DNA of 64,000 bases from positions 5,753-69,752 of the forward strand of contig JAXMCP010000035.1 in NCBI GenBank assembly GCA_046349295.1. The letters are read 5' to 3'. The notes beneath the pieces were generated by a model. The model was given only the letters and a program-made list of their open reading frames with translations, made no database searches and had not been told where the DNA came from. This DNA is from Reyranellaceae bacterium. Lineage in GTDB: Bacteria; Pseudomonadota; Alphaproteobacteria; Reyranellales; Reyranellaceae. The position numbers and the translations under genes were made by a program. Shown here one piece after another: positions 42,046-51,902 of the stretch (position 1 is its first letter; every line of letters starts with the position of its first letter).

Positions 42046-43295
42046 CTCGGGACCTCCCGCACTTCGGCATCGCCCAGCGCGAACCGGGCGAGTGCAGGCA
42101 GAGGATGGACGAAACCCGCCTGGCGCTCGACGAGCTGCAGCCTTTCCAGGCGCTCGACGGCAATCTCAGCAAGCTCGCGCTCGGCGCCGGATTCGCGGGC
42201 CGATTTACGCCAGTAGCGGCCATAGCGCTCCCTCGCGTCGCGCAGGAACTCGGCAACGTCCTGCTCGCGTATCATGGAGGAAGCCCGCGCATCACCGTCG
42301 TCCACCGCCCGATCGATGCGCTGGCGCGTGGCGAGATAATCCGCGACGAGCAGCGTGACGTGGGCGTCGGTGCCTTCGGACGGCATGGCGAGGTCGGTCA
42401 GCAGGCCGGCCTCATCGACCAGCGCCAGTCCTTCGGCTCTCTGCTCGGCGACGAGGCCCGAGGCCTCGCACAGCCGGCCGGCCATGGCGCCGCGCTGGTT
42501 GAGAAAATAGGTTCGGATCTCGGGCGCCAGCCGGTCGACATAGACCACCGGATCGTCGAGGAGGCGGCGGGCGAGGTGATGGCGCATCGCCGAGCGTCGG
42601 CCCTCGTCGCTGTCGGCCACGTGCTCGTCGACCAGCGCGCGCAGCCTTTCCTCGAGCGACGCAGGCGCTTCCGATGCCGTCCAGGTCGAGGGGCCGCGCA
42701 CCGCGGCAAGCATGCCAGCCAGCGTCCGCCGATGGATGTCGTAGAGTGCATCGGCTTGCCTGGCCGTGCTGGCGGCCTGCACGAAGGCTTGTTCGTCCCC
42801 GGCGACATGCTGCAACACGCCGAGCGTCAGCAACGTGCGGCACACGACCACCAGCTCGCGCCGTTCATGCTGTGCGCCCAGCGTGAAGGCAAAGCCGAGC
42901 GAGGCGAGCGCCGGATCGGCGGCGAGCTCGAGCAATCGCTCTCCCAGCAGGCGCAGCGTGATCTGCGAATCGGCGCGCTCGAGGACGGCGCAGGCGAGGC
43001 ACAACAGCACGTAGCGACGGCGGTCGTAGCCGGGCAGACCTCTCGTGGAGTCGATCAGGTCGGCCGGCCGCTTGTAGAGGCGTGCGCCATCGCGCTCGAC
43101 GTGCAGGACCCAGCCCGTCTCTCGCGCAAACCACTCGCGCAGCCGATCGGCGTGGCGGCGCACGGCGGCAAGGTCCTCGTGCGCCACGTCCATCAGCGGG
43201 CTCATCAACAACGCGCGCAAGGCAGTGCGCATCTCTTCACGCTGGACGCGCTGCTGGCGCTCGCCCAAGTCGCCCGCGTCGCCATCCGCGCTCAT
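42042..43295 (-). CDS. jetB: Wadjet type II JetB (TIGR02678/DUF2398)
   Basis: ALRALLMSPL, LREWFARETGW, RRRYVLLCL, RRLLDDPVVY, EQRAEG, PALARF. Confidence 0.88.
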   Translation of the reverse strand: MSADGDAGDLGERQQRVQREEMRTALRALLMSPLMDVAHEDLAAVRRHADRLREWFARETGWVLHVERDGARLYKRPADLIDSTRGLPGYDRRRYVLLCLACAVLERADSQITLRLLGERLLELAADPALASLGFAFTLGAQHERRELVVVCRTLLTLGVLQHVAGDEQAFVQAASTARQADALYDIHRRTLAGMLAAVRGPSTWTASEAPASLEERLRALVDEHVADSDEGRRSAMRHHLARRLLDDPVVYVDRLAPEIRTYFLNQRGAMAGRLCEASGLVAEQRAEGLALVDEAGLLTDLAMPSEGTDAHVTLLVADYLATRQRIDRAVDDGDARASSMIREQDVAEFLRDARERYGRYWRKSARESGAERELAEIAVERLERLQLVERQAGFVHPLPALARFALGDAEVREVPR

Positions 43296-44815
43296 CGGCG
43301 GTCCTGCACGGGCGTCACGGTAATCATGTGATCGCGGCCGGCGAAGACGCCACGCGGCGTCGCGATCTCGGCATGGCTTTCCGCCCCCAGGGGCTCGAGC
43401 CGGACGTGAAGCAGCCCGTCGCTGGTCTGCCGCGCGACAGTGTCATCCGGCCTGCTCTGCTCGCCGAGCGTCTCGCCCAGCAGGCCCAGCAAGACCTCGA
43501 ACGCGTGCACGTCGAGCTCGCCCAGGTCGGAAAGCCGCACCGCGCGGCCGGTGGCGAGGCGTCGCCGCGCCGCTTCGAGTTGCTGGGCCTGCTCGGCGAG
43601 CTCTTGCGCCAGGTCCGCGCGCTCTCTGCTGCGATCGCGCACGCGCGGCAGCGGTCCCCGCGGCACCGCCTCGCCGTACTCGCGCAGGCGCGGATGGATT
43701 CGAAGCCGCGGGGCGTCCGCCCACGACGTGCTGGCCGGCACGTCCGTGTCTGCATCGCCATCGAGCGAAAAATGTCGTGCCGGATGGAGTGCGAACGCGG
43801 CGCGCGCAAGCCGGTGAGCATCGCCGTCGCTCTCGCAAGCGGCGAACCACTGGGCCAGCATCCGGAAATCCGACGACCGATCGCTACGTCCGCTGCGACG
43901 CTCGTTCAGCGCAGCGATCGCGGAGAGAAGCTGCGGAATGGCCGAACGCGCCCGAGCACGCAGCAACTCCGCCTGCGGCGGTTCGTGCCCGGTGCTGAGG
44001 AACCAGCCGCGCAGGCCCTTCCAGCGTTCCTGCCATGACTGTCGGTAGAGCTGTCGTGCATCGGCCTCGCCCTGCGCGTCGCCGGGTGCGGCATCGCGCG
44101 CTTCGCGCTCGGCCACCTGTGTAAGCATGGCGTCGATGGCCGGGTCCAGCGCGACGATCAGGCGGGTGATGGCATCGGAGCGTCGCACCAGATCGCCGAT
44201 GAAGCGCTCGAGGTAGTCGATCAGCCGCCGCTTGTAGCTTGCCACCGCGGCCGCTTCGGCCTGCTGAAGCTCGATGCTGCGGGCGACGCCGGCCATGAAG
44301 GCTTGTGCATTCTCGGCGAGGCCCTCGAAGACTCGCACGAGATCGCGCAGCGTCTCATGGACCTTTGCGGCATCCGGTTCAGCACCATCCTGGGCCAGCG
44401 CATGGAGGGCCTGAAGCCTGCTGGCAATGTCCTCGAGCGCGACCGTCTGAAGCTCGGCGCGACGCTGCAAGGTGCGCACGAATGCAACGAGCGCCGACTC
44501 GACCGCTTCGCCGCCCTGGGAGAGCCTGTAGAGGAAACGGGCGCGATAGTAGTCGTCCAAGCTGGAGACCCGCGCCATGTCGGGATGGGATTCGAGGTTG
44601 CCCCACGCCGTCAGTTGGGCAAGGGCTGCATTCACCTCCTCCAGTAGAGGAGGAGGGCCCGGCCACCCGGCTTCGCCGAGGACTTCGTCGGGCCGCAGTT
44701 GCAGGCGATATTGGCGCTTCGCAGCAGCGAAGACGTCCATGATGCAGCGATAGAAATCGGCCTTGTCGGCACTGACGTGCCGGAACAGGTCGGCGGCATG
44801 GCTGGCAACTTTCAC
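43292..44815 (-). CDS. jetA: Wadjet type II JetA (TIGR02677/DUF2397)
   Basis: LFRHVSADKA..YR, LAQLTAWGNL, YKRRLIDYLERF, WKGLRGWF, RSSDFRMLAQWF; GTG start with GGAG RBS. Confidence 0.88.
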   Translation of the reverse strand: MKVASHAADLFRHVSADKADFYRCIMDVFAAAKRQYRLQLRPDEVLGEAGWPGPPPLLEEVNAALAQLTAWGNLESHPDMARVSSLDDYYRARFLYRLSQGGEAVESALVAFVRTLQRRAELQTVALEDIASRLQALHALAQDGAEPDAAKVHETLRDLVRVFEGLAENAQAFMAGVARSIELQQAEAAAVASYKRRLIDYLERFIGDLVRRSDAITRLIVALDPAIDAMLTQVAEREARDAAPGDAQGEADARQLYRQSWQERWKGLRGWFLSTGHEPPQAELLRARARSAIPQLLSAIAALNERRSGRSDRSSDFRMLAQWFAACESDGDAHRLARAAFALHPARHFSLDGDADTDVPASTSWADAPRLRIHPRLREYGEAVPRGPLPRVRDRSRERADLAQELAEQAQQLEAARRRLATGRAVRLSDLGELDVHAFEVLLGLLGETLGEQSRPDDTVARQTSDGLLHVRLEPLGAESHAEIATPRGVFAGRDHMITVTPVQDRR

Positions 44816-44839
44816 GGGGCGCGCTCCAGCACACTTCAA

Positions 44840-44848
44840 ATTGTAGCA
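44840..44848 (-). promoter_or_regulatory. Extended -10 element upstream of jetA
   Basis: Minus strand TG-c-TACAAT about 25 nt upstream of GTG 44815, in an AT-rich patch. Confidence 0.45.
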
Positions 44849-45037
44849 CGGGTGTTTTTGCTTTGTTCCCGTCGGCCGTCAAGAGACGCGGAGAGGAGGA
44901 AATCCAGTCCATCTGTCGGCGCCGATCCCCACAGATCGCGGCGTCCATGGGGCGCCTCGGCGCCTCGAGCTGCGGTTGAAGCGCCCGGAGCTGCTCGAGG
45001 TTCTCGACACCATGATCATTCATCAGCGGGCCATCCG

Positions 45038-45607
45038 TCAGATGGCCGCGGTAGGCTCCTTGGCCGCGGCGGCGGGCTTGCCCTCGGCAGCGTCGCGCTC
45101 CTTCTCCTTCCGGGCCTTGAGCAGCTTGCGCAGGATCATGTTGCGCTTGAGCGCGGAGATGTGGTCGATGAACAGGATGCCGTCGAGATGGTCGATCTCG
45201 TGCTGCACGCAGGTCGAGAGCAGGCCCTCGCACTCCGTCTCCTGCCGTACGCCGTCGCGGTCGAGATAGCGCACGCGGACCTTGGCTGGCCGCACCACGT
45301 CGGAATAGTGCTCGGGCACCGACAGGCAGCCTTCCTCGTAGCTCGCATCCTCGTCGGAGGCCTCGATGATCTCCGGATTGGCCATGAACAGCGGGCCGGT
45401 CTTGACGTCCTCGCGGTCGATGTCGAGCACGATCACGCGCTTCAGCACGCCGACCTGCGGCGCCGCCAGGCCGATACCCGGGGCGGCGTACATCGTCTCC
45501 AGCATGTCGTCCATCAGGCGACGGATCTCACCGTCCACCGCCTCGACCGGCTTGGACTTCTTCTTGAGGCGCGGGTCGGGCGCCGTAAGGATGGTCAGGA
45601 GGGCCAT
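45038..45607 (-). CDS. def: Peptide deformylase
   Basis: GIGLAAPQVG, EGCLSVP, QHEIDHLDG. Confidence 0.97.
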   Translation of the reverse strand: MALLTILTAPDPRLKKKSKPVEAVDGEIRRLMDDMLETMYAAPGIGLAAPQVGVLKRVIVLDIDREDVKTGPLFMANPEIIEASDEDASYEEGCLSVPEHYSDVVRPAKVRVRYLDRDGVRQETECEGLLSTCVQHEIDHLDGILFIDHISALKRNMILRKLLKARKEKERDAAEGKPAAAAKEPTAAI

Positions 45608-45638
45608 GGCGACTAAATATGTAGCAAAATCAGGCGAT

Positions 45639-46559
45639 TCAACCCCGGTTGCGCTTGACCATGGTGCCCACGCCGGATTCGGTGAAAACCTCGAGCAACA
45701 GGCTGTGCGGCACCCTTCCGTCCATGATGACGGCGGCCTCGACGCCCGAGTTCACGGCGTCGATGCAGTTCTCGACCTTGGGGATCATGCCGCCCGAGAT
45801 CGTGCCGTCGGCGATCAGGGCGCGCGCCTGCTCGACCGTCATGTCCTGGATGAGCTGGCCGTTCTTGTCGAGCACACCGGGCACGTCGGTCAGGAACAGC
45901 AGGCGCTTGGCCCTCAAGGCGCCGGCGATGGCGCCGGCCGAGGTGTCGGCGTTGATGTTGTAGGTGAGCTCGTCGTCGACGCCGAAGCCGATCGGCGCCA
46001 CCACCGGGATCACGTCGGCCTTGCGAAGCTGCTCCAGCACCATGACGTTGATCTTGGCCGGCTCGCCGACCTGCTTGAGATCGACCTTCAGGAGCTCGCC
46101 GGTCTTGGGGTCGCGCATCTCGGTGACCTTCCTGGCCAGGATCAGGTTGCCGTCCTTGCCGCAGATGCCGACGGCGATGCCGCCGCATTCGTTGATGTCG
46201 GCCACGATCGCCTTGTTGATCGAGCCGGCCAGGACCATCTCGACGATCTCCATGGTCGCGGCGTCGGTGACGCGCAGCCCGTTCACGAAGGTGCTCTTGA
46301 TGCCGACGCGCTCCAGCATCTTGTTGATCTGCGGGCCGCCGCCATGAACCACGATCGGGTTCATGCCGACCTGCTTCATCAGAACGATGTCGCGCGCCAC
46401 CAGATCGCCCAGCTTGGGATCGGTCATGGCATGGCCACCATACTTCACGACGAAGGTCGCGTCGTTGTGTCGGCGCATGTAGGGCAGCGCCTTGGAGATC
46501 GTCTCCGCCATGCGGATGAGCCGCCTTTGCGCGCTGTCGGTCTGCACCGGCTCGGCCAT
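45639..46559 (-). CDS. argB: Acetylglutamate kinase
   Basis: [37 protein letters not shown]. Confidence 0.97.
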   Translation of the reverse strand: MAEPVQTDSAQRRLIRMAETISKALPYMRRHNDATFVVKYGGHAMTDPKLGDLVARDIVLMKQVGMNPIVVHGGGPQINKMLERVGIKSTFVNGLRVTDAATMEIVEMVLAGSINKAIVADINECGGIAVGICGKDGNLILARKVTEMRDPKTGELLKVDLKQVGEPAKINVMVLEQLRKADVIPVVAPIGFGVDDELTYNINADTSAGAIAGALRAKRLLFLTDVPGVLDKNGQLIQDMTVEQARALIADGTISGGMIPKVENCIDAVNSGVEAAVIMDGRVPHSLLLEVFTESGVGTMVKRNRG

Positions 46560-46675
46560 TTTTCCGGACCCCAAGTTGGCAAAACCCTCTCCCGCGCCGG
46601 GAGAGGGCCATTGGCCATCATATATCAGGCGGCCGGCGGATAGAAGAAGAGGGCACGGCGCGGCAGGATGTCTTC

Positions 46676-47347
46676 ATGATCGACACCGCAACCTTGGCCG
46701 ACCGGGGCTATGTCGTAGCCCCCGGCCTGCTCGCGCCCGATATCTGCCGTTCGCTGGCGGAAATGTGGCCCGAGCAGGCGCGCTTTCGCAGTCATATCAT
46801 CATGCAGCGCCACGGATTCGGCCAGGGCGAGTACCAGTATTTCAGCTATCCGCTGCCCGAGCCGGTGCAACGGCTGCGCCAGGCGCTCTATCTCGAGCTT
46901 GCCCAGGTCGCCAATGGCTGGAACGCGCTACTGGGCAGCGACCGGCGCTTCCCGGCCAGCCTGCCTGCCTGGTTGAAGGAGTGCCACCAGGGCGGCCAGA
47001 GGCGGCCGACTCCCTTGCTGCTGCGCTACGGCGTCGGCGACTACAACTGCCTGCACCGCGATCTCTATGGCGATCTCGTGTTCCCCTTGCAGGCGACGGT
47101 GATGCTGAGCGATCCGCAGTGCGATTTCACTGGCGGCGACTTCATGCTGGTCGAGCAGCGGCCGCGCATGCAATCGCGCGGCGAGGTCGTCCCCTTGAAG
47201 CAGGGCGACGCCGTGATCTTCGCCGTCAACGAGCGGCCGGTGAAAGGCTCGCGCGGCTTCCACCGCACGGCGATGCGCCACGGCGTGTCGACGGTCCGGC
47301 ACGGCCGGCGCTTCACGCTCGGCATCATCTTCCACGACGCGACGTGA
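46676..47347 (+). CDS. 2OG-Fe(II) oxygenase (DUF2086-like)
   Basis: FGQGEYQYF, RPTPLLLRY, LHRDLYG, EQRPRMQSR, RHGVS, LGIIFHDA. Confidence 0.88.
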   Translation: MIDTATLADRGYVVAPGLLAPDICRSLAEMWPEQARFRSHIIMQRHGFGQGEYQYFSYPLPEPVQRLRQALYLELAQVANGWNALLGSDRRFPASLPAWLKECHQGGQRRPTPLLLRYGVGDYNCLHRDLYGDLVFPLQATVMLSDPQCDFTGGDFMLVEQRPRMQSRGEVVPLKQGDAVIFAVNERPVKGSRGFHRTAMRHGVSTVRHGRRFTLGIIFHDAT

Positions 47348-47442
47348 CACGCCGGGCCGGCGCCGCCGCGCGCTGCCCGGTCGCCGCTGTCGGTGCGGCG
47401 GTCGAGCGAGGGGCAGTCGCAGCCGATGCAGCCATCGAGCAG
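47348..47442 (-). pseudogene. Decayed 3' fragment of a soxR-like gene
   Basis: Reads LLDGCIGCDCPSLDRRTDSGDRAARGGAGP, resembling the SoxR tail LDGCIGCGCLSL..C...GD; no HTH upstream. Confidence 0.55.
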
Positions 47443-47530
47443 CGGCCCGGAGGGTCGCGCGCGGTTTACCGCGCGTGGCTCGGCAACAGATCCGGCGCTA
47501 CGGCAGCGCTCTTCCAACGACTGGTGCGTG

Positions 47531-47577
47531 GCCCATCCTTCGAGACGGCCGCTACGCGGCCTCGTCAGGGTGAGGAT
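47531..47577. repeat. Single arm of the 32216-32357 repeat family
   Basis: gcccatccttcgagacggccgctacgcggcctcgtcagggtgaggat is a close reverse complement of 32216-32262. Confidence 0.75.
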
Positions 47578-47646
47578 ATTGTTGGGTCTTCGACCAATTT
47601 TGGCGCATGGGCCCGCGCTTCGCGCAGCGAGGGCGGAAGAAACGAA

Positions 47647-48297
47647 TCAGACGCCCGCCACGTCGGCGATCTCGGCCCGGAGGTCGGCGATGCCGAGGCC
47701 GGTTTCGCTGCTGGTGGCGAGCGCCTGGGGATGGGCGGCACCGTGGCGGCGGGCGGCGGTCTCGGCGGCGGCGATGGCGCGGGCGATGTCGGACGGCTTC
47801 AGCTGATCGGCCTTTGTCAGAACGAGCTGGTAGGAGACGGCGGCCTTGTCGAGGTTCTTCATGGTCTCGCGGTCGGCGTCCTTGACGCCATGCCGCGCGT
47901 CGATCAGCAGGCAAACCCGCTTCAGGGTCGGACGGCCCCGCAGGTAGGCCGTCGCCAGATCCTGCCACGCCTCCTTCAGCGATCGCGACACCCGCGCGAA
48001 GCCGTAGCCCGGCAGGTCGACCAGGAACAGCCGGCCGCCGAGGTCAAAGAAATTGATCTGCTGCGTATGGCCGGGATTGGACGAGGTACGGGCAAGCGAC
48101 CGGCGGCCGGTGAGCGCGTTGACCAGGCTCGACTTGCCGACATTGGAACGCCCAGCGAAGGCGATCTCGGGCAGGGCGATGGCCGGCAGCGATTCGAACG
48201 AGGCGGCACCGGCCACGAAGTCGCATGGACCGGCGAACAGCTTGCGGGCCGCTTCGAGCTGCTGAGTCGTTCGTTGTTCGGTTTCCGGGTCGGCCAT
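47647..48297 (-). CDS. engB: Ribosome biogenesis GTPase YihA/EngB
   Basis: GRSNVGKSS, DLPGYG, LTKAD. Confidence 0.96.
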   Translation of the reverse strand: MADPETEQRTTQQLEAARKLFAGPCDFVAGAASFESLPAIALPEIAFAGRSNVGKSSLVNALTGRRSLARTSSNPGHTQQINFFDLGGRLFLVDLPGYGFARVSRSLKEAWQDLATAYLRGRPTLKRVCLLIDARHGVKDADRETMKNLDKAAVSYQLVLTKADQLKPSDIARAIAAAETAARRHGAAHPQALATSSETGLGIADLRAEIADVAGV

Positions 48298-50147
48298 CAG
48301 CTCTTCTTGGCCGCGCCCTTACCGCCCTTCTTGCCGCCACCACCACCACCACCGCCTGGGGCAGTCGCCGGCGCCGAGACCGCGGCGGCCACTGCGGGCT
48401 TGGCCTTGCCGCCGATCTGCGCGCCGTGGCGGCGCATGATCGTGTACTGCTGGGCGATCGACAGCGTGTTGCTCCACGCCCAGTAGATCACCAGGCCGGC
48501 CGCGAACGGCGCCAGCATGAAGGTGAACAGGATCGGCAGGAACTGGAAGACGCGGGCCTGGACGGGGTCGGTCGGCTGCGGGTTCAGCTTCTGCTGGAAG
48601 TACATCGTGACGCCCATGATCAGGGGCCAGATGCCGATATTGAAGAAGTGCAGGAACTCCGGCACGTGCCACTGGAACAGCCCGAAGCCGGTCAGGATGG
48701 TCAGCGGATCGGGCGCGCTCAAATCCTTGATCCAGCCGAAGAACGGCTGATGGCGCATCTCGATGGTGGTGTAGAGCACCTTGTAGAGCGCGAAGAACAC
48801 CGGGATCTGCACGACGATCGGCAGGCAGCCCGCCGCCGGGTTCACCTTCTCGCGGCGATAGAGCTGCATCAGCTCCTGGTTCATGCGCTGGCGATCCTCG
48901 CCGAAGCGCTCCTTGAGCTTCTCCATCTCGGGCTGCAGCGCCTTCATCCTGCTCATCGCCGCATAGGACTTGTTGGCCAGCGGGAAGAACACCGCCTTGA
49001 CGATCACCGTCAGGACAAGGATGGACAAGCCGAAATTGCCGAGCTGCACGTAGAGCCATTCGAGCAACCAGAACAACGGCTTGGTGAAGAACCAGAACCA
49101 GCCCCAGTCGATCGTCAGGTCGAACTTCTCGATGCCGTACTTCTTCTCGTAGGCGTCGATCACGCGCACGATCTTGGCGCCGGCGAACAGATGCGAATCC
49201 GAGGTCGATGTCGCGCCGGGCGCGGTGGTAGTTCCTTGTCCAACGAAATCGAACTGGTACTTGAGGTCGGCCCCTGCGCCGGTCGACTTGATCGAGACGT
49301 CGACCTTGGATTTCTGGTCGGGCACCAGGGTCGCCATCCAGTACTTGTCGGTGATGCCGACCCAGCCGCCAGTCGTTGCGATCTTCTGCTGCTTGTTGTC
49401 CTTGAAGTCGGAGTAGCTGAATTCCTTGAAGCTGCCGTTGAAGACGCCGTACGGGCCTTCGTGCAGGATGTAGATGCCCTCGGCCTTGGGCTCGCCGTAG
49501 CGCACCACCAGATTCCAGGGAAACAGCGTGACCGGCTTGTCGCTCTTGTTCTCGACGCTCTGCCTGACGTCGAACATGAAGTATTCGTCGAGGCCGATCT
49601 CGATGCCGAAAATCAGCCCCTGGCCATTGTCCCAGGTCAGCTTCGCCGGCTTGCCCGGCGCGACCGTCGTCCTGTCGGAGGTCCACAGCGTGTCGGGGCC
49701 GGGCAGCTTGATCGCCGGATCGGCCGTCGACCAGCCGAACTCGGCGTAATAGGGATGTTCGCTGCCGACCGGCGAGAGCACCGGCACGGGCGGGCTCTTG
49801 GGGTCGATGGTGACGCGATACTTCACCAGGTTCACGTCGTCGATGCGGGCGCCCTTGAGCGCAATCGAGCCGACCAGCTCGGGCGTTTCGAAGGTGACGC
49901 GTGGCGAGCGGTCGAGCGCTTCCTGGCGGCTCACGATCTGCGGCGGCGTCGCGGCGACCGGCGGCGCGCCCGGAGCCCCTGGAGCCCCCGGCTGGCCCGC
50001 GGGCGCCTGCGGCGCGCCGGGCTGGCCCGACGTCTGCTGCTGTTGCTGGCCATTCACCGGTGGCTTGGCCGGCGGAAAGGCGGCCTGCCAACCGACGACG
50101 ATCAGCACCGAGAGCACGATGGCGACGAGGAGATTCTTCTGGTCCAT
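48297..50147 (-). CDS. yidC: Membrane protein insertase YidC
   Basis: MDQKNL, DWGWFWFFTKP, NPAAGCLP, IYWAWSNTLS. Confidence 0.97.
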   Translation of the reverse strand: MDQKNLLVAIVLSVLIVVGWQAAFPPAKPPVNGQQQQQTSGQPGAPQAPAGQPGAPGAPGAPPVAATPPQIVSRQEALDRSPRVTFETPELVGSIALKGARIDDVNLVKYRVTIDPKSPPVPVLSPVGSEHPYYAEFGWSTADPAIKLPGPDTLWTSDRTTVAPGKPAKLTWDNGQGLIFGIEIGLDEYFMFDVRQSVENKSDKPVTLFPWNLVVRYGEPKAEGIYILHEGPYGVFNGSFKEFSYSDFKDNKQQKIATTGGWVGITDKYWMATLVPDQKSKVDVSIKSTGAGADLKYQFDFVGQGTTTAPGATSTSDSHLFAGAKIVRVIDAYEKKYGIEKFDLTIDWGWFWFFTKPLFWLLEWLYVQLGNFGLSILVLTVIVKAVFFPLANKSYAAMSRMKALQPEMEKLKERFGEDRQRMNQELMQLYRREKVNPAAGCLPIVVQIPVFFALYKVLYTTIEMRHQPFFGWIKDLSAPDPLTILTGFGLFQWHVPEFLHFFNIGIWPLIMGVTMYFQQKLNPQPTDPVQARVFQFLPILFTFMLAPFAAGLVIYWAWSNTLSIAQQYTIMRRHGAQIGGKAKPAVAAAVSAPATAPGGGGGGGGKKGGKGAAKKS

Positions 50148-50171
50148 TGCGGGCGAACTCCGGCAGCGCGG

Positions 50172-50501
50172 TCAGGCGCGCTCGGCGGGATGACAGGAAA
50201 GCGGTGAACGATGGGCGAGGGGCGGGACGGGGTCGTAGCCGCAGCCACCCCATGGCCCGCAGCGGCAGAGCCTCAGTCCGGCCAGCCAGCTGCCCTTGAG
50301 CGCGCCATGACGCGTCACGGCCTCGGCGGCATAGGCCGAGCACGAAGGCTCGTAGCGGCACGCGCCGACGAAGAAATAGGCCAGGGTGAGCTGGTAGAGC
50401 CGGATCGCGCCACGCAGCACGCCGACCATCGCCGTGGAAAACATTCGGCCGGGAAACTGGCGATTTGCAGGCCGCTGCGCAAGCCGTCCTTGCAAGGTCA
50501 T
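50172..50501 (-). CDS. yidD: Membrane protein insertion efficiency factor YidD
   Basis: [24 protein letters not shown]; start 50501 (coupled) or 50444. Confidence 0.92.
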   Translation of the reverse strand: MTLQGRLAQRPANRQFPGRMFSTAMVGVLRGAIRLYQLTLAYFFVGACRYEPSCSAYAAEAVTRHGALKGSWLAGLRLCRCGPWGGCGYDPVPPLAHRSPLSCHPAERA

Positions 50502-50863
50502 GGCGTCGCGAGGCTGAGCGCCCGCAGCCGCTTCAGGGCCTGGAGCAGCTCTTCCTGCAGGACCTTGAAATCGCGGCCCTTGGCCGCCTGGCGTCCGACC
50601 AGGACGTAGTCGAGATCGGCCCGCGCCCGCCCCGGGATCACCAGCCGGGCGACTTCGCGCAGGCGGCGGCGGACCCGGTTGCGCACGACGGCGTTGCCGA
50701 CCTTGCGGCTGACCGTGAAACCCACCCGGATCAGGGGATTGTCGAGATCGGCGGGAATGGGGGCCACTTGAACGACAAAACCGGGCATGGCGCAGCGCCG
50801 GCCGGCCTGGACACGCAGAAAGTCGCGGCGATTCGGCAGACGCCCGAGCCGCGCCGCGGTCAA
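50498..50863 (-). CDS. rnpA: Ribonuclease P protein component
   Basis: [25 protein letters not shown]; TTG start at 50863 inferred. Confidence 0.94.
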   Translation of the reverse strand: MTAARLGRLPNRRDFLRVQAGRRCAMPGFVVQVAPIPADLDNPLIRVGFTVSRKVGNAVVRNRVRRRLREVARLVIPGRARADLDYVLVGRQAAKGRDFKVLQEELLQALKRLRALSLATP

Positions 50864-50868
50864 CTCAG

Positions 50869-51003
50869 CTAGGCCGACAGACGCTTGCGGCCCGACCGGC
50901 GGCGGTTGGCGATGACCTTGCGGCCGCCGACTGTCGCCATCCGGGACCGGAAGCCGTGCCGACGCTTGCGCACCAGCTTGCTCGGCTGATAGGTGCGTTT
51001 CAT
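50869..51003 (-). CDS. rpmH: 50S ribosomal protein L34
   Basis: Hand translation [44 protein letters not shown] (below the ORF-track cutoff). Confidence 0.97.
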   Translation of the reverse strand: MKRTYQPSKLVRKRRHGFRSRMATVGGRKVIANRRRSGRKRLSA

Positions 51004-51116
51004 GACGCAACTCCTGTAAATGCAAGGCCCCCGCGCGTACCGGCGGGGGCAAAATCGTGGGCGAGGGTAATAAGCGCGGTGGCGCGTCGAGTCAACGCCA
51101 GGCTAGCCTCGCCGGC

Positions 51117-51761
51117 ATGTCCCTGGTTCTGCACGGCTACCAGTACAGCGTCTATAACAGGATCGCCCGCCTGGCGCTGGTCGAGAAGGGGGTCGGCTAC
51201 GACCGGGTGGAGATCGACCCGTTCGCCCTCCCGGTGCCCCGAGCCTACCTCGACCTGCATCCGTTCGCCCGCGTGCCCACCCTGGTTCATGACGGCTTCG
51301 TCCTCTACGAGACCGGCGCGATCACGCGCTACGTCGACCGGGCCTTCCCGGGGCCCGCCCTTCAACCGACGGCGGCCCGCGCGCTCGCCCGCATGGACCA
51401 GATCATCGGTGTGGTCGATTCCTACGGCTACTGGCCGATGGTCCGCCAGGTCTTCTCCCACGGCGCCTTCCGGCCGGCCGCCGGCCGGCCGACCGACGCG
51501 ACCGAAGTTCAGGCCGGCGTTGCCGAGGCCACCAAGGTCCTGGCGGCGCTCGAAGCGCTGGCCGCGCCGGACGAGTTCATCGCCGGCGACAGGCCCTCCC
51601 TCGCCGACTTTCATCTGGGCGCGATGGTCGCCTACTTCACGCTGGCGCCCGAGGGGGTGGCTCTCCTGCAAGGCTATCCACGACTTGCCGCGTGGTGGGA
51701 TCACCTGCGTCGTCGGCCGAGCTTCGCGGCAACGGATCCGGGGTTGCCGGGGAAGAGGTGA
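51117..51761 (+). CDS. Glutathione S-transferase family protein
   Basis: LHPFARVPTL, LYETGAITRY, SLADFH. Confidence 0.92.
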   Translation: MSLVLHGYQYSVYNRIARLALVEKGVGYDRVEIDPFALPVPRAYLDLHPFARVPTLVHDGFVLYETGAITRYVDRAFPGPALQPTAARALARMDQIIGVVDSYGYWPMVRQVFSHGAFRPAAGRPTDATEVQAGVAEATKVLAALEALAAPDEFIAGDRPSLADFHLGAMVAYFTLAPEGVALLQGYPRLAAWWDHLRRRPSFAATDPGLPGKR

Positions 51762-51902
51762 CCCTCATGCTCTTCTGGATCGCGGGCCGTTCATGAGCGT
51801 GAGCGGGCGGGACGCCCACGGTCCAGAGGAACAGGACGTCGTCACGGCGGCGTGACGCTCATTTGCTTTGAGCGCGGGCCGCGGCGCGCCAATATCGGCG
51901 AC

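Noticed and set aside
36632-44839. SMC-like four-gene operon as an undescribed system
   Set aside because: It matches the described Wadjet type II gene set and order.
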